Assembly (NCBI GenBank): GCA_003213515.1
Contig: QCMV01000007.1
Location: forward strand, 9,071 to 73,070
Direction: 5' to 3'
DNA length: 64,000 nt
Source of the DNA: Pelagibacteraceae bacterium AG-422-N09
Lineage (GTDB): Bacteria; Pseudomonadota; Alphaproteobacteria; Pelagibacterales; AG-422-B15
Part shown: positions 10,291 through 21,238 of the stretch, piece after piece
How positions within the stretch are numbered: the first letter of the stretch is position 1
Layout: each line of letters opens with the position of its first letter
The notes under the pieces: generated by a model
What the model saw: only the letters and a program-made list of their open reading frames with translations
Told to the model about the DNA's origin: nothing
The model's database searches: none
Translations under genes and position numbers: made by a program

Positions 10291-11169
10291 ATGAAGATTT
10301 TTCTAAAAAGATATATTCGATATCCTTCCGAATTTATTCTATTTGTTTTTCTCTATCTTTTATTTAAATTACTACCTCTCTCTATTGCTAGAAAACTAGG
10401 GGTAAGCATAACAACAAGCTTAGGCCCCTTATTTTCAATTAATAAATTAGTAAAAAAAAATTTAAGAATTGCTTTTAAGGATCAAGATGAAAAATGGATT
10501 AATACTAAAGCAAAAAAAGTATGGGAAAATTTAGGGTATACAATAGCTGAATATTCACATCTCAAAAAAATATTAAAAGATAAAATTAATGTAATTGAAA
10601 ATGATCTTTACAGAGAAGCCTTCTCGGGTAGCGAAAGATCAATCATCATATCTGCTCATAATTCAAATTGGGAAATACCAGGAATGTCCATAAGAAAAAC
10701 GATGCATCGAACATCTGCGATTGTTAGAGAACCTAACAATCCTCTAATTAATTTTGTTTTAAAGAATCTTAGAGACAAATATAGTCTTAGATGTTTGAGT
10801 AAAAACAGAATAGGTACAAAACAATTACTTAATAATTTTAAAAATGGTGAGTCAATTGCTCTGTTAGCTGATCTTCAGTTATCGTCAGGTATTAACCTTA
10901 ATTTCTTTGGAAAGAGAATGAAGTTTTCATCTTTACCCGCACAACTTGCCCTAAAATCTGGATGTAAAATATTTTTAGGATGGCCTATAAGAAAAAATGA
11001 TGGAAAATTTGAATTTGAAATTCATCAATCAATACATGCCAGCGATTATAAAGATACTTCAGATAACGTAGAGAAAATATCGGAGATAATTATTGATTAT
11101 TATGAAAGTATGATTAAGAAATACCCGGAACAATATTTTTGGTTTCATAATAGGTGGAAACTGGACTGA
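10291..11169 (+). CDS. Lipid A biosynthesis (lauroyl/late) acyltransferase family protein
   Basis: LpxL/HtrB-like H-x4-E region (AHNSNWE), N-terminal anchor helix, and position after lpxK. Confidence 0.7.
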   Translation: MKIFLKRYIRYPSEFILFVFLYLLFKLLPLSIARKLGVSITTSLGPLFSINKLVKKNLRIAFKDQDEKWINTKAKKVWENLGYTIAEYSHLKKILKDKINVIENDLYREAFSGSERSIIISAHNSNWEIPGMSIRKTMHRTSAIVREPNNPLINFVLKNLRDKYSLRCLSKNRIGTKQLLNNFKNGESIALLADLQLSSGINLNFFGKRMKFSSLPAQLALKSGCKIFLGWPIRKNDGKFEFEIHQSIHASDYKDTSDNVEKISEIIIDYYESMIKKYPEQYFWFHNRWKLD

Positions 11170-11175
11170 TTTTAT

Positions 11176-11979
11176 TTAATTTTCTAATAAAAATAGTGGA
11201 TCAACATAAGTATTAAAAACCATCACACCCCAATGTAGATGTGGTCCAGTTGACCTACCTGTTGATCCTACTTTGCCTATTATATCTTTTTTGCTAACTT
11301 TTTGATTCACTGCAACATTTACAGAAGACAAGTGGGCATAGATAGATTTTACTCCATGACCATGATCAATGATTATTGTGCCTCCGGTATAATATAAATC
11401 ACTTTCAGCATGAATGACTATTCCTTCATTACAAGACATTACAGGTGTTCCTTCATCAGCAGCAATATCAATACCTCTATGAGGGCTTTTTGCTTTACCA
11501 TTAAGAATTCTTTGGCTGCCAAAAACTCCACTTATAATTCCAGTTGTTGGTTGAATAAATTCATCCTTAAAATAAGTCAAATCCATGTTTAATTTCTTCG
11601 CTTCTTTTATTACTTCATTTTCAGCAATAATTCGCTTTATGATTTCATCATCAAGAGGTGTAACCATCTGTTCAGGTAGACCGTCAATTCTTTGAATATC
11701 ATAATCTTGTTCTTCGATAGATATTTGGTGGATTAAGAAAATACCATCACTATTACTGTATGTAACATTTATTGGTTCTATCTGCTCTCGAGATATTGGG
11801 AAAACATAGTATCCATCGTGACTTATTTTAATCGGTTCTCCATCAACAAAGATTTCATTTGCTTCATTGTTTTGACCTATAACAAGACTTCCTTGTGGAA
11901 AACTTTTAGAAAGTTCAGATGAAAACGCGCATACGTTAAAATAAAATAAAAGAAGAAAAACCCTATTTACTAAGACCAT
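11176..11979 (-). CDS. M23 (LytM-type) peptidoglycan endopeptidase, secreted
   Basis: Signal peptide, then HRGIDIAA...GSTGRSTGPHLHWGV metal-binding motifs. Confidence 0.8.
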   Translation of the reverse strand: MVLVNRVFLLLFYFNVCAFSSELSKSFPQGSLVIGQNNEANEIFVDGEPIKISHDGYYVFPISREQIEPINVTYSNSDGIFLIHQISIEEQDYDIQRIDGLPEQMVTPLDDEIIKRIIAENEVIKEAKKLNMDLTYFKDEFIQPTTGIISGVFGSQRILNGKAKSPHRGIDIAADEGTPVMSCNEGIVIHAESDLYYTGGTIIIDHGHGVKSIYAHLSSVNVAVNQKVSKKDIIGKVGSTGRSTGPHLHWGVMVFNTYVDPLFLLEN

Positions 11980-12172
11980 TAAGCTCTTTATATCTGTTTA
12001 GTGCCACTTCAGGTGATGCATAAACTTCTTGAAGTTCTACGTTCCAATATTTAAGATTTTCGAGTGTAATTTTTTCTCCCGTTATTGAACATTCCACAAA
12101 ATCACCAGGTGTCTTAACTTGAAAATGACCATGATTAAGAACAATTTCAGCTTTTTTCTCAAAATTATTCAT
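11963..12172 (-). CDS. Small conserved hypothetical protein (possibly DUF2093-like)
   Basis: 69-aa ORF overlapping xseA and the M23 gene at both ends in an operon-like arrangement. The family assignment is from memory only. Confidence 0.45.
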   Translation of the reverse strand: MNNFEKKAEIVLNHGHFQVKTPGDFVECSITGEKITLENLKYWNVELQEVYASPEVALNRYKELNGLSK

Positions 12173-13469
12173 CTTTAATTTCCTTCACTTCAGCAGAAAT
12201 TTTTGCAAAGCTTGTTTCAATAATTATATCTGTATCGTGTTCTATATCTTTTTTTGACTTTATAACCTTATTTTTAAAGTTTTTTGTAACAGAGTACCCT
12301 CGATTTATAACTGATTTATAGCTCATACTTTCTAATAACTTTTCATTATAATTAATTTGATTGCGCATATTTTCTAAAAATAAGTTTGTAGAGCTATTTA
12401 ATTTATCAAATTTTGAAATCAGTTTTTGTTGAAAATTATTTACTTGTTCCTCTAAAATACGATAGTTAAGTGACTGAGTAATTTCTTTAAATTCTGATAA
12501 CAGACTTTTTATAAATAATTTTAAAGAGATTGGCAATTTATCACTTAGATTTTTAAATGAACTTAATTTATTTTCTAAATTACTATTAATTGAATCACGA
12601 AGGTCTTTTTGAAGGTCTTTTAAATTGATTAGAAGCTCATCTTTATTAGGTGTACACAACTCCGCTGCTGCTGTAGGAGTTGGCGCTCTGAGATCGGACA
12701 CAAAATCAATAAGTGTCGTATCTGTTTCATGTCCAACAGCTGACAAAACAGGTATTTCACTAGCAAATACAGCTCTTATAAGAATTTCCTCATTAAATGC
12801 CCAGAGATCTTCAATGCTCCCTCCACCTCGGGCTACAATAATTAAGTCTGGAACTTTAATTTCGCTATCTTTTAGAGAATTGTTAAATCCATTTAAAGCA
12901 TCTGCTATTAAATGTGCAGCATCATCTCCTTGTACAGGAACTGGCCAAAGTATAACATCACACGGAAATCTATCTTCAAGTCTATGAATAATATCTTTTA
13001 TAACTGCTCCAGTTGGTGAAGTAATAATACCAATTGTTTCAGGATACAATGGAAGAGGCTTTTTGTGATCTTGATCAAAAATACCTTCTGACATTAATTT
13101 TTTCTTTCTTTGTTCAAGCAATGCCATTAGTGCACCCTCTCCCGCTGGTACAATTGAGTCTATAATAATTGAATAATCCGATCTTCCAGGGTATCTATCA
13201 GAGTACCCAGTTGTAAGTCTCCCAGAGCAAATTACTTCAAGGCCTTCATCTGGCATAAAGCTTAGTTTTGCAACAGTGCTTCTCCATGCAATCGCTTTTA
13301 TAATTGCATTTTCATCTTTAAGGTTAAGATATACATGGCCTGATGCTGGCTTGCTTAAACCAGATACTTCTCCACGAACTTTCACATAGCCAAAGTTATC
13401 CTCAAGGGTCTCTTTAATTGAGGCTGAAATTTCAGTTACTGTATATTCTTTGATGTTCTCTCTTACCAT
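12165..13469 (-). CDS. xseA: Exodeoxyribonuclease VII large subunit
   Basis: N-terminal OB fold (VKVRGEVSG...GHVYLNLKD), catalytic core ARGGGSIEDLWAFNEE and a long coiled-coil C-terminus. Confidence 0.9.
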   Translation of the reverse strand: MVRENIKEYTVTEISASIKETLEDNFGYVKVRGEVSGLSKPASGHVYLNLKDENAIIKAIAWRSTVAKLSFMPDEGLEVICSGRLTTGYSDRYPGRSDYSIIIDSIVPAGEGALMALLEQRKKKLMSEGIFDQDHKKPLPLYPETIGIITSPTGAVIKDIIHRLEDRFPCDVILWPVPVQGDDAAHLIADALNGFNNSLKDSEIKVPDLIIVARGGGSIEDLWAFNEEILIRAVFASEIPVLSAVGHETDTTLIDFVSDLRAPTPTAAAELCTPNKDELLINLKDLQKDLRDSINSNLENKLSSFKNLSDKLPISLKLFIKSLLSEFKEITQSLNYRILEEQVNNFQQKLISKFDKLNSSTNLFLENMRNQINYNEKLLESMSYKSVINRGYSVTKNFKNKVIKSKKDIEHDTDIIIETSFAKISAEVKEIKDE

Positions 13470-13521
13470 TTAATTTAAATATTAATGTGCTAATATAACA
13501 AGAAAATCAAAAATATACTTT

Positions 13522-14784
13522 ATGAAAATTTTAGTGATTGGCAGTGGGGCTCGTGAGCATGCGTTATGTTACTTGATATCTAAGAGCTCTCTGGTTTCGT
13601 CTATTTATGCAATACCTGGAAACTACGGAATAAGTCAACTTGCTGAATGTGAACAAATTGATCAAACAGATTTTGTGAAAATATATGACTTCTGTAAAAG
13701 TAAAATGATAGAATTAGTCATTGTCGGCCCTGAAGTGCCATTGGTTGCAGGGATTGTTGATTTTTTCAGAGATAAAGAAATAAAAATCTTTGGACCTGAT
13801 AAGTATGCATCGCAATTAGAAGGATCCAAAGGCTTTATGAAAGATCTTTGCAAACAAAATAGGATACCAACAGCTGATTATGCTCGATTTGATAATAAAG
13901 AAGAAGCTATAAACTATTTAAATGCACAGTCTTTACCTATTGTAATAAAAGCTGATGGTCTAGCTGCCGGGAAAGGCGTTACTGTTGCAGACACAAAGAA
14001 AATGGCAGAACAAGCAATAAATGACATTTTTGATGAGAAGTTTGGGGCAAATATGGATGTAGTTATTGAAGAATTTATGGATGGTGAAGAAGCGAGTTAT
14101 TTTGTTTGTTGTGATGGTGAAGATTTTGTTTCATTAGAAAGTGCCCAAGATCATAAAAGAATTGGTGAAAATGATACAGGGCCTAACACTGGAGGAATGG
14201 GGGCATATTCACCTGCACCAATTTTTACACCTAGAATAAAAGAGCAAGTAGACAGAGAAATTATTACACCCACTCTAAAGGCCCTTAAAAAAAATGGACA
14301 TCCTTATAAAGGTATTCTCTATGCTGGATTAATGATTAAAGATGGTTATGCCCGATTGGTTGAATATAATATTAGATTTGGTGATCCAGAGTGTCAGGTA
14401 TTAATGCTTAGAATGAAAAATGATTTAATTAAATTAGTTCTTGATTGCTTGGAAGGCAGTCTAAGTAAAACTAAATTGGAATGGGAAGATGATAATAGTG
14501 CTACTGTGGTTGTGGCAGCAAAAGGTTATCCAGGTGACTATAAAAAAAATACAAAAATTATTGGCTATGAAAATTTTGAGAGTAATGATCTATTTCAAGT
14601 ATTCCACGCAGGAACAAAACATGATGGAAATAACCTTCTAGCTAACGGAGGCAGAGTTCTTTCCGTAACAGCAAAAAATAAAAATCTAAGAGATGCTCTT
14701 AATATGATTTATGCTTACATCGGTCAGCTCGATTGGGCGGATGGTTATTACAGAAGAGATATAGGAAAAAAGGCAATTAAATGA
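13522..14784 (+). CDS. purD: Phosphoribosylamine-glycine ligase
   Basis: MKILVIGSGAREHAL..., ATP-grasp, GPNTGGMGAYSP, FGDPECQ motifs. Confidence 0.95.
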   Translation: MKILVIGSGAREHALCYLISKSSLVSSIYAIPGNYGISQLAECEQIDQTDFVKIYDFCKSKMIELVIVGPEVPLVAGIVDFFRDKEIKIFGPDKYASQLEGSKGFMKDLCKQNRIPTADYARFDNKEEAINYLNAQSLPIVIKADGLAAGKGVTVADTKKMAEQAINDIFDEKFGANMDVVIEEFMDGEEASYFVCCDGEDFVSLESAQDHKRIGENDTGPNTGGMGAYSPAPIFTPRIKEQVDREIITPTLKALKKNGHPYKGILYAGLMIKDGYARLVEYNIRFGDPECQVLMLRMKNDLIKLVLDCLEGSLSKTKLEWEDDNSATVVVAAKGYPGDYKKNTKIIGYENFESNDLFQVFHAGTKHDGNNLLANGGRVLSVTAKNKNLRDALNMIYAYIGQLDWADGYYRRDIGKKAIK

Positions 14785-15849
14785 CTACTCGTGATGAAAT
14801 ATTTTCTGGTACTAAGGAGGTTGATGAAAAGTTAGTTTTTAATAGTGGTAATCTCAATGATTACTTAAAAAAAGTATTTGGAAGTTATTTTGATATTGTA
14901 AGTATAAAGCAATTTAAAGGGGGGGCAATCCAATCCTACTTATTTGATTGAGGATAAAACAAAAAACTATGTGTTAAGGCGTAAACCACCTGGTAAATTA
15001 CTAAAATCTGCACATGCGGTAGATAGAGAATATAAAGTCATTACTGCTCTTGGCAAGACTGATGTGCCAGTTCCTGAAACTTATTGTTTTTGTGAAGATG
15101 AAAACGTCATTGGAACACAATTTTTTTTAATGGATCATGTTGATGGAAACATATACTGGGAACTTTTATTGCCAGACTCAGATAACAATCAACGCCGTGA
15201 AATTTACCTATCCATGAATGATACGATTGCAAAACTTCATAACGTTGATTTTCAAAAAATTGGGCTAAGTGATTATGGAAAACACGAAAATTACATGGCA
15301 AGGCAAATTCATCGTTGGACCAAACAGTATAAAGACTCTGAAACACAAAAAATCAATGAAATGGATAATTTAATAGAATGGTTGCCAATAAATATTCCTG
15401 AAGATAATGAAACTGCAATTGTACATGGAGACTTTCGTCTTGATAATATGATATTTGATAAACAAAATAATAAAGTTATGGCTATACTGGATTGGGAGCT
15501 ATCTACACTCGGCAATCCAATAGCAGATTTTACTTATCACATGATGTCATGGCGATTGCCTGCTGCAGCGAAGGGTCTTGGAATGATGGGATCAAACTTA
15601 GAAGAGCTTAATATTCCCTCTGAACATGAGTACGCTGAAATGTATTACAAAAAAACAGGCAGGAGTAAAATTGAAAACTGGGATTTTTATATGGCATATA
15701 ACATTTTCCGCCTGGCTGGAATTGCGCAAGGAATTGTTGGAAGAGTTAGAGATGGGACAGCCTCAAGTTCGGAGGCTAAAAACTATGAGAGCTTTGTTCC
15801 AATATTAGGAAAATTAGGATGGAATATTGTGGAAGAGGCAGCAAAATAA
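14781..15849 (+). pseudogene. Phosphotransferase (APH/ACAD10-11 kinase-like family) interrupted by a +1 frameshift in a G7 run
   Basis: ATG 14781 (ATGA overlap with the purD stop) opens a frame encoding ...VSIKQFKGG, which runs into TGA at 14946. Removing one G from GGGGGGG (14919-14925) gives QFKGGQSNPTYLIEDKTKNYVLRRKPPG..., continuous with ORF 14944-15849 (HGDFRLDN, DWELS motifs). Confidence 0.65.
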
Positions 15850-15854
15850 TTAAT

Positions 15855-17093
15855 ATGACAGAGCTGGATATAAATTTTGTAAGAGAACAATTCCCTGTTT
15901 TTCAAAACCCTAAAACTTCAAACTTTGCATTTTTTGAGAATGCTGGTGGCACATATGTGCCAAAACAGGTTATTGAAAAGTTAAATGATTTTATGACGAC
16001 TAAAAAAGTACAACCGTATGGCGACTTTGGTCCATCGATTGAAGCAGGTAATGAAATGGATAATAGCATAAGCAAAATTGCTGAACTCCTAAATATCAAT
16101 AATGATGAATTTATGATTGGACCATCTACAACTATGAATATGTTTTTACTATCTAATGCTGTGAGATCGTGGCTTAACAATGGGGATGAAATCATAGTCA
16201 CAAATCAAGATCATGAGGCAAATATTGGTGCATGGAGAAAATTATCAGAACACGGTATCAAAATAAATGAATGGAAGTTTAACCCTGACTCTGCTGAACT
16301 AGAATTGGACGAATTAAAAAATCTCATAACAGAAAAAACAAAATTTATTTGTGTCTGTCATACATCTAATGTTGTTGCGTCAATTAATAATCTAAAAGAT
16401 ATCATTACATTGGCGCATCAGAATAATATCAAAGTTGTTGGAGACGGTGTAGCTTACATGGCACATGATATTGCGGATTTAAAAGATCTCGATATAGATT
16501 TCTATGGTTTTAGCCTATACAAAACTTATGGACCACATTTAGCACTATTATATGGTAAGAGAGATTTATTACTTGAAACAAAAAATCTTAATCATGAATT
16601 CTTGGAAGGAAGTGTTCCATATACTCTTAATCCAGGTGGTCCTAATCATGAGGAACTAGGATGTTTGTCAGGTATAACTGACTACTACGAAACTTTATAT
16701 GATCATCATTTTGGCGAAAATAATTTAGATCTTCATCGCAAAGGTAAAAAAGTTTTTGAATTGGTATCCAAACATGAAGAGGTATTAATGAAAGAACTGG
16801 TTGATTTCCTCAAAACAAAAAAAAATATAAGAATGATTGGCAAACAAACACATGCTAGATGTGATCGTATGCCAACTGTATCATTCACTGTTAAAGATAA
16901 AAGCTCATTGCATGTAGCCCAGGAGGCTGGAAGAAATAATATTGGCATTAGAAATGGTGAATTTTATGCCTGGAGATGCTTGCAGGGTTTGGGCATTGAG
17001 CCAGATGATGGGGTAGTTAGAGTCTCTATGGTTCATTACAATAGCATAGAAGAGGTAAGAAAATTAATAGGATTTTTGGATAAAACTATTTAG
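15855..17093 (+). CDS. Class V aminotransferase / cysteine desulfurase-like PLP enzyme
   Basis: FENAGGTYVP, HTSNV, FSLYKTYGPH (PLP lysine) motifs. Start taken at ATG 15855 (MTELDINF...). Confidence 0.75.
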   Translation: MTELDINFVREQFPVFQNPKTSNFAFFENAGGTYVPKQVIEKLNDFMTTKKVQPYGDFGPSIEAGNEMDNSISKIAELLNINNDEFMIGPSTTMNMFLLSNAVRSWLNNGDEIIVTNQDHEANIGAWRKLSEHGIKINEWKFNPDSAELELDELKNLITEKTKFICVCHTSNVVASINNLKDIITLAHQNNIKVVGDGVAYMAHDIADLKDLDIDFYGFSLYKTYGPHLALLYGKRDLLLETKNLNHEFLEGSVPYTLNPGGPNHEELGCLSGITDYYETLYDHHFGENNLDLHRKGKKVFELVSKHEEVLMKELVDFLKTKKNIRMIGKQTHARCDRMPTVSFTVKDKSSLHVAQEAGRNNIGIRNGEFYAWRCLQGLGIEPDDGVVRVSMVHYNSIEEVRKLIGFLDKTI

Positions 17094-17255
17094 AGTTTTT
17101 TATATTTTTTTCTCGCTCTTTCCGCTGTCTTATTGACTCTTTCATCGAAATATCTTCCAGATTGTGGTACTCATCCCAATAGCGATCAAATTCGTGTGAC
17201 TTAACGTATCTTCCGTAATTATCTTTCTGGTAGGTTTTCTTCTTTTTTATCAAAA

Positions 17256-18461
17256 TTATAAGTATTTTTTTAATTCATTTCTTGCAATAGAAAGTCTATG
17301 CACTTCGTCTGGCCCATCCGCTAAGCGCAGAGTTCTCATTCCTGCGTAAGCTTGTGCTAGGTGTGGGTCTGTTGTTACTCCAGCTCCTCCAAATGCTTGA
17401 ATTGCATCATCAATAATTTTTAATGCCATATTTGGTGCAGCTACTTTAATCATGGCTATTTCATTTTTTGCAACTTTGTTTCCTACTTCATCCATCATAG
17501 TTGCGGCTTTTAATGTTAGTAGTCTAGTCATCTCAATATTAATTCTAGCATCAGCAATTCTCTCTTGCCAAACAGAGTGCCTTACCACTTCTTTGCCAAA
17601 GGCCTTTCTGCTCATTAGTCTTTTACACATTGCTTCAAGTGCAACTTCAGCAAGACCAATAGTTCTCATACAATGGTGAATTCTTCCAGGTCCCAACCTA
17701 CCCTGTGCAATTTCAAATCCTCTGCCTTCGCCTAAAAGCATATTTTCTGGAGGAACTTTGACGTCTTTAAATTCAACCTCAGCATGTCCATGAGGGGCGT
17801 CGTCAAAACCAAAAACAGGCAAATGTCTCTTTATTTTGATACCTGGTGTGTCCTTATCAACCAGTATCATGGATTGTTGCTTATGTCTGTCAGGATTATC
17901 TGGATCTGTTTTTCCCATGAAGATAAAAAATTGGCACCTTGGATCCATTGCACCAGAAGTCCACCATTTTGTTCCATTAAGGACATATTGATTTCCTTCT
18001 TTTTTTATTTCACTTTCAATATTTGTTGCATCTGATGAAGCGACTGCAGGCTCTGTCATGGCAAAAGCAGAGCGTATCTCACCTTCTAATAATGGCTTTA
18101 AGTACTTTTCTTTTTGTTCATCTGTTCCATATCGAACTAAAACTTCCATATTACCGGTATCAGGAGCAGAACAATTGAAAACTTCTGCAGACCACATTGC
18201 TCTCCCCATGATTTCACACATTGGTGCATACTCTGCGTTTGTAAGGCCATGCCCATAGTCACTTTCAGGTAAAAATAAATTCCAAAGGTCTTCTTTTTTT
18301 GCTTCCTTTTTAAGATCTTCAATCACCGGCACCACCTGCCATCTGTCAGCTCCAAAATTTTCGATCTGACTATGATATGTTTCGTTGTTTGGATAAACGT
18401 GCTTATCCATAAAATTATTCAATCTATCCGTAGTTTCTTTTGCTTTTGGCGATATGTTCAT
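17256..18461 (-). CDS. Acyl-CoA dehydrogenase (FadE2/ACAD10-11-like)
   Basis: 401 aa with [24 protein letters not shown]...[10 protein letters not shown] motifs. Confidence 0.85.
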   Translation of the reverse strand: MNISPKAKETTDRLNNFMDKHVYPNNETYHSQIENFGADRWQVVPVIEDLKKEAKKEDLWNLFLPESDYGHGLTNAEYAPMCEIMGRAMWSAEVFNCSAPDTGNMEVLVRYGTDEQKEKYLKPLLEGEIRSAFAMTEPAVASSDATNIESEIKKEGNQYVLNGTKWWTSGAMDPRCQFFIFMGKTDPDNPDRHKQQSMILVDKDTPGIKIKRHLPVFGFDDAPHGHAEVEFKDVKVPPENMLLGEGRGFEIAQGRLGPGRIHHCMRTIGLAEVALEAMCKRLMSRKAFGKEVVRHSVWQERIADARINIEMTRLLTLKAATMMDEVGNKVAKNEIAMIKVAAPNMALKIIDDAIQAFGGAGVTTDPHLAQAYAGMRTLRLADGPDEVHRLSIARNELKKYL

Positions 18462-18910
18462 TATCTTTTACCTTTAAAAAAATTATTTATTAAGTTTTCA
18501 CAGTCAGTTTTTGAAATATTATCATAAATTTCTGGCAAATGATTACAATTTTTTGATATAAAAAAATTTAAGTTACCATTTATCGAACCATATTTTAAAT
18601 CATCTGCACCATAATACAACCTCTTAAGCTTAGCTTTTGATATAGCGCTGGCACACATAATACATGGCTCTAAAGTCACATAAATATTACAATCAACCAA
18701 TCTATCAGAGTTAATCATTTCACACGCCTCTCTTATAGCGTTTAGTTCAGCATGGCCTACTGGGTCTTTTCTGCTAACCACTGAATTATGCGACCGGGCT
18801 AAAACTTTATCTTCCTTATTAGTTATAACGCATCCAATTGGTATTTCTCCAATTTTTAAGCCTTTTTTTGCCTCCTCAATTGCCATTGCCATGAATTTAT
18901 TTTGTGTCAT
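18461..18910 (-). CDS. tadA: tRNA-specific adenosine deaminase
   Basis: CMP/dCMP deaminase zinc motifs [10 protein letters not shown] and PCIMCASAI. Confidence 0.85.
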   Translation of the reverse strand: MTQNKFMAMAIEEAKKGLKIGEIPIGCVITNKEDKVLARSHNSVVSRKDPVGHAELNAIREACEMINSDRLVDCNIYVTLEPCIMCASAISKAKLKRLYYGADDLKYGSINGNLNFFISKNCNHLPEIYDNISKTDCENLINNFFKGKR

Positions 18911-18942
18911 AAATATTTAATTAATATAAGCAATCCTAATTC

Positions 18943-19653
18943 ATGCCTACTTTGAGACAACAAAAATTAGTAAGAATTAATAAATTATTAGCACAGTCAA
19001 CTAACTTTTCGAGAAGAGAAATAGATAAACTCATCGATGAGCAAAGAGTTGTTGTTGATAACGAATTGGTGACAAAACAAGGAGTACAAATAAGTATCAA
19101 CAGTATTGTAAAAATAGACAATAAACCTATTAACCTAAAATCTGATCAGCAATTAAATGATATATATATTTTCAACAAGCCAAGAGGATGCTTAGTAACA
19201 AAATCAGACCCAAAAAATCGCAAAACTATTTATGAATACATACCTAAAAAAAACCATAATTTAATTTCAATTGGACGACTTGATTATAATTCAGAGGGGC
19301 TGTTACTATTGACTAACAGCGGTAGCTTCAAAAGAAAGATGGAATTACCCAAAAATAATTTTGAGAGGGTTTATAAGGTAAAAATACAAGGCTTTATCGA
19401 TAATAAATTTATTAATACCTTATTAAGGGGTTATACGTATAAAAAAGTTAAATATAAACCTATAAAAGCATCATTCATTAGCAAAACTAAAACTTACTCA
19501 TGGATTAAAATGACACTTACTGAAGGTAAAAATAAAGAAATTAGAAATATTTTTGATTCTTTGAATATTACAGTCACAAGATTAATTAGAATAACTTATG
19601 GGGAATTTAAGCTTGGTAGTTTGAAAAAAGGAGAAATAAAAAAAGTTACTTAA
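18943..19653 (+). CDS. rRNA pseudouridine synthase (RsuA/RluB family) with S4 domain
   Basis: N-terminal S4 RNA-binding domain and catalytic GRLDYNSEGLLLLTN motif. Confidence 0.8.
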   Translation: MPTLRQQKLVRINKLLAQSTNFSRREIDKLIDEQRVVVDNELVTKQGVQISINSIVKIDNKPINLKSDQQLNDIYIFNKPRGCLVTKSDPKNRKTIYEYIPKKNHNLISIGRLDYNSEGLLLLTNSGSFKRKMELPKNNFERVYKVKIQGFIDNKFINTLLRGYTYKKVKYKPIKASFISKTKTYSWIKMTLTEGKNKEIRNIFDSLNITVTRLIRITYGEFKLGSLKKGEIKKVT

Positions 19654-19654
19654 A

Positions 19655-20224
19655 ATGAGAATTATTAGTGGAGAAAGAAAAGGTCATTCAATATTTAGCT
19701 TTAAAAGTAAAGATGTAAGACCACTTTCAGACAAAAATAGGGAAACCATTTTTAATCTTTTAACGCATGGAAAAGAATTGGTAAAAATTAACTTTAGTCT
19801 TGAAGAAGCAAAAGTAATTGATCTTTTCGCTGGTACCGGCTCATTTAGCTTTGAAGCATTGTCACGTGGTGCTAAACACGCAACCATGGTAGAGAACAAT
19901 CAACAAATGATAGATATAATTTTTAAAAGTGCAAACAAGCTAGGGTATTTAGAAAAGATTGCTGTTATTTCTGAAAATGCTTGTTCATTTGAAGAGTATT
20001 CTGAATCTACAAAGTTCAACCTTGCTTATATAGATCCACCGTATGGAAAAAATCTTGGACTCAGAGCTATTAAAAATATTATTAAAAAAAACTTACTAGA
20101 AAAAGACAGTATAATCATCTTAGAGGAAGAAAAAAAATCTAAAGATTTTGAACTTTCAGAAATAGTACTTTTACGTGAAAAAGAACTTGGTAATTCAAAA
20201 TTTTGTTTTTTTAAATTAGTTTAA
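19655..20224 (+). CDS. rsmD: 16S rRNA (guanine966-N2)-methyltransferase
   Basis: RIISGERKG, DLFAGTGSFSFEALSRGA and DPPY motifs. Confidence 0.8.
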   Translation: MRIISGERKGHSIFSFKSKDVRPLSDKNRETIFNLLTHGKELVKINFSLEEAKVIDLFAGTGSFSFEALSRGAKHATMVENNQQMIDIIFKSANKLGYLEKIAVISENACSFEEYSESTKFNLAYIDPPYGKNLGLRAIKNIIKKNLLEKDSIIILEEEKKSKDFELSEIVLLREKELGNSKFCFFKLV

Positions 20225-21238
20225 ATAACCTTTTTGAAGTTCAACTGCATCTTGAGTAAAGGGGTCAACTTCTAATAATTCAGCAAGATAGATAACCCTT
20301 AACATTTCTGATCCAAAAAAATAGCCAATCTTACTCATATCTTTATCTTTAAAAATATATTTATTAGTATTCCCATTTATCTTTGATATAGATTTACTCA
20401 TTGCATCAAGATGATTTGAAAGTGTGATATTAATCAAATTCATTTTTGAGTATTCCATACCCATAATTTCAAAAAAAATATTTTTGGGTCCATCTAGATA
20501 TAACTGTAAAAGACTGTGCTGGTCTTTTGGCATTTCAGATACTACAGGTAATACACCTTTTGCGTTTTTACCCAATGACTCCGCATATAATTGTTTTCGC
20601 CAATTGCCAATTTCAATTAGTTCGTCACCATAAATCAAATAAGCAAATATATTCTTTCCATTTTTGATTCTTTTAAAATCTTCATCAGCCATGTTCTTTA
20701 TTTGGTCTTTATCTTCTAATGCTCTTCTTCCTCCATTAAAAAACTCAGTGAACAGATCTCTATTAAAGTAAAAACTTGGGATAAGGCTATTGTTACTAAA
20801 AATTGAAAATCTACCTACAATTTCGTTGTTTAGTTCAATAGTTTTTATTGATTTTTGTATGGATAAGTCTCGTAGTGGAGAAGATGCATTTTCTGTAAAC
20901 GAATAAAAATTTTTTGAAAAATCAATATTTCCGTCTAGTTTTTTGATCATATATTCAAAAATGGTTAGTGTTTCTGATGTTTGTCCAGATTTTGATACGA
21001 AAATGAAACCAGTCTCATCTAATTGAGTATTGTTTAACAAATCATTAATCTTAACAGAATTTAAATGATCAACATATTGGACACGTTTTTCATTTAAAAA
21101 ATGATTAATTGCTTTTGATCCCTGAGAAGAGCCGCCTATACCAACTACAAAAATTTTATTAAAACTTTTATCTAGTATCCCTAACGACTCGGAATATGAG
21201 TTTTCAAGCTTGTCAAAATCAAGAAATGGATAACTCAT
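20216..21238 (-). CDS. Short glucose-6-phosphate isomerase-like SIS-domain protein
   Basis: VVGIGGSSQGSKA and FVSKSGQTSETL are PGI/SIS signatures. At 340 aa it is clearly shorter than canonical PGI. Confidence 0.55.
   Translation of the reverse strand: MSYPFLDFDKLENSYSESLGILDKSFNKIFVVGIGGSSQGSKAINHFLNEKRVQYVDHLNSVKINDLLNNTQLDETGFIFVSKSGQTSETLTIFEYMIKKLDGNIDFSKNFYSFTENASSPLRDLSIQKSIKTIELNNEIVGRFSIFSNNSLIPSFYFNRDLFTEFFNGGRRALEDKDQIKNMADEDFKRIKNGKNIFAYLIYGDELIEIGNWRKQLYAESLGKNAKGVLPVVSEMPKDQHSLLQLYLDGPKNIFFEIMGMEYSKMNLINITLSNHLDAMSKSISKINGNTNKYIFKDKDMSKIGYFFGSEMLRVIYLAELLEVDPFTQDAVELQKGYLN

Noticed and set aside
17094-17253. Small Lys-rich ORF of about 54 codons (TTG start) on the minus strand downstream of the acyl-CoA dehydrogenase gene (LIKKKKTYQKDNYGRYVKSHEFDRYWDEYHNLEDISMKESIRQRKEREKNIKNSK)
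   Set aside because: It has no ATG/GTG start or SD, and its composition is as expected from translating AT-rich spacer. It cannot be supported without conservation data.
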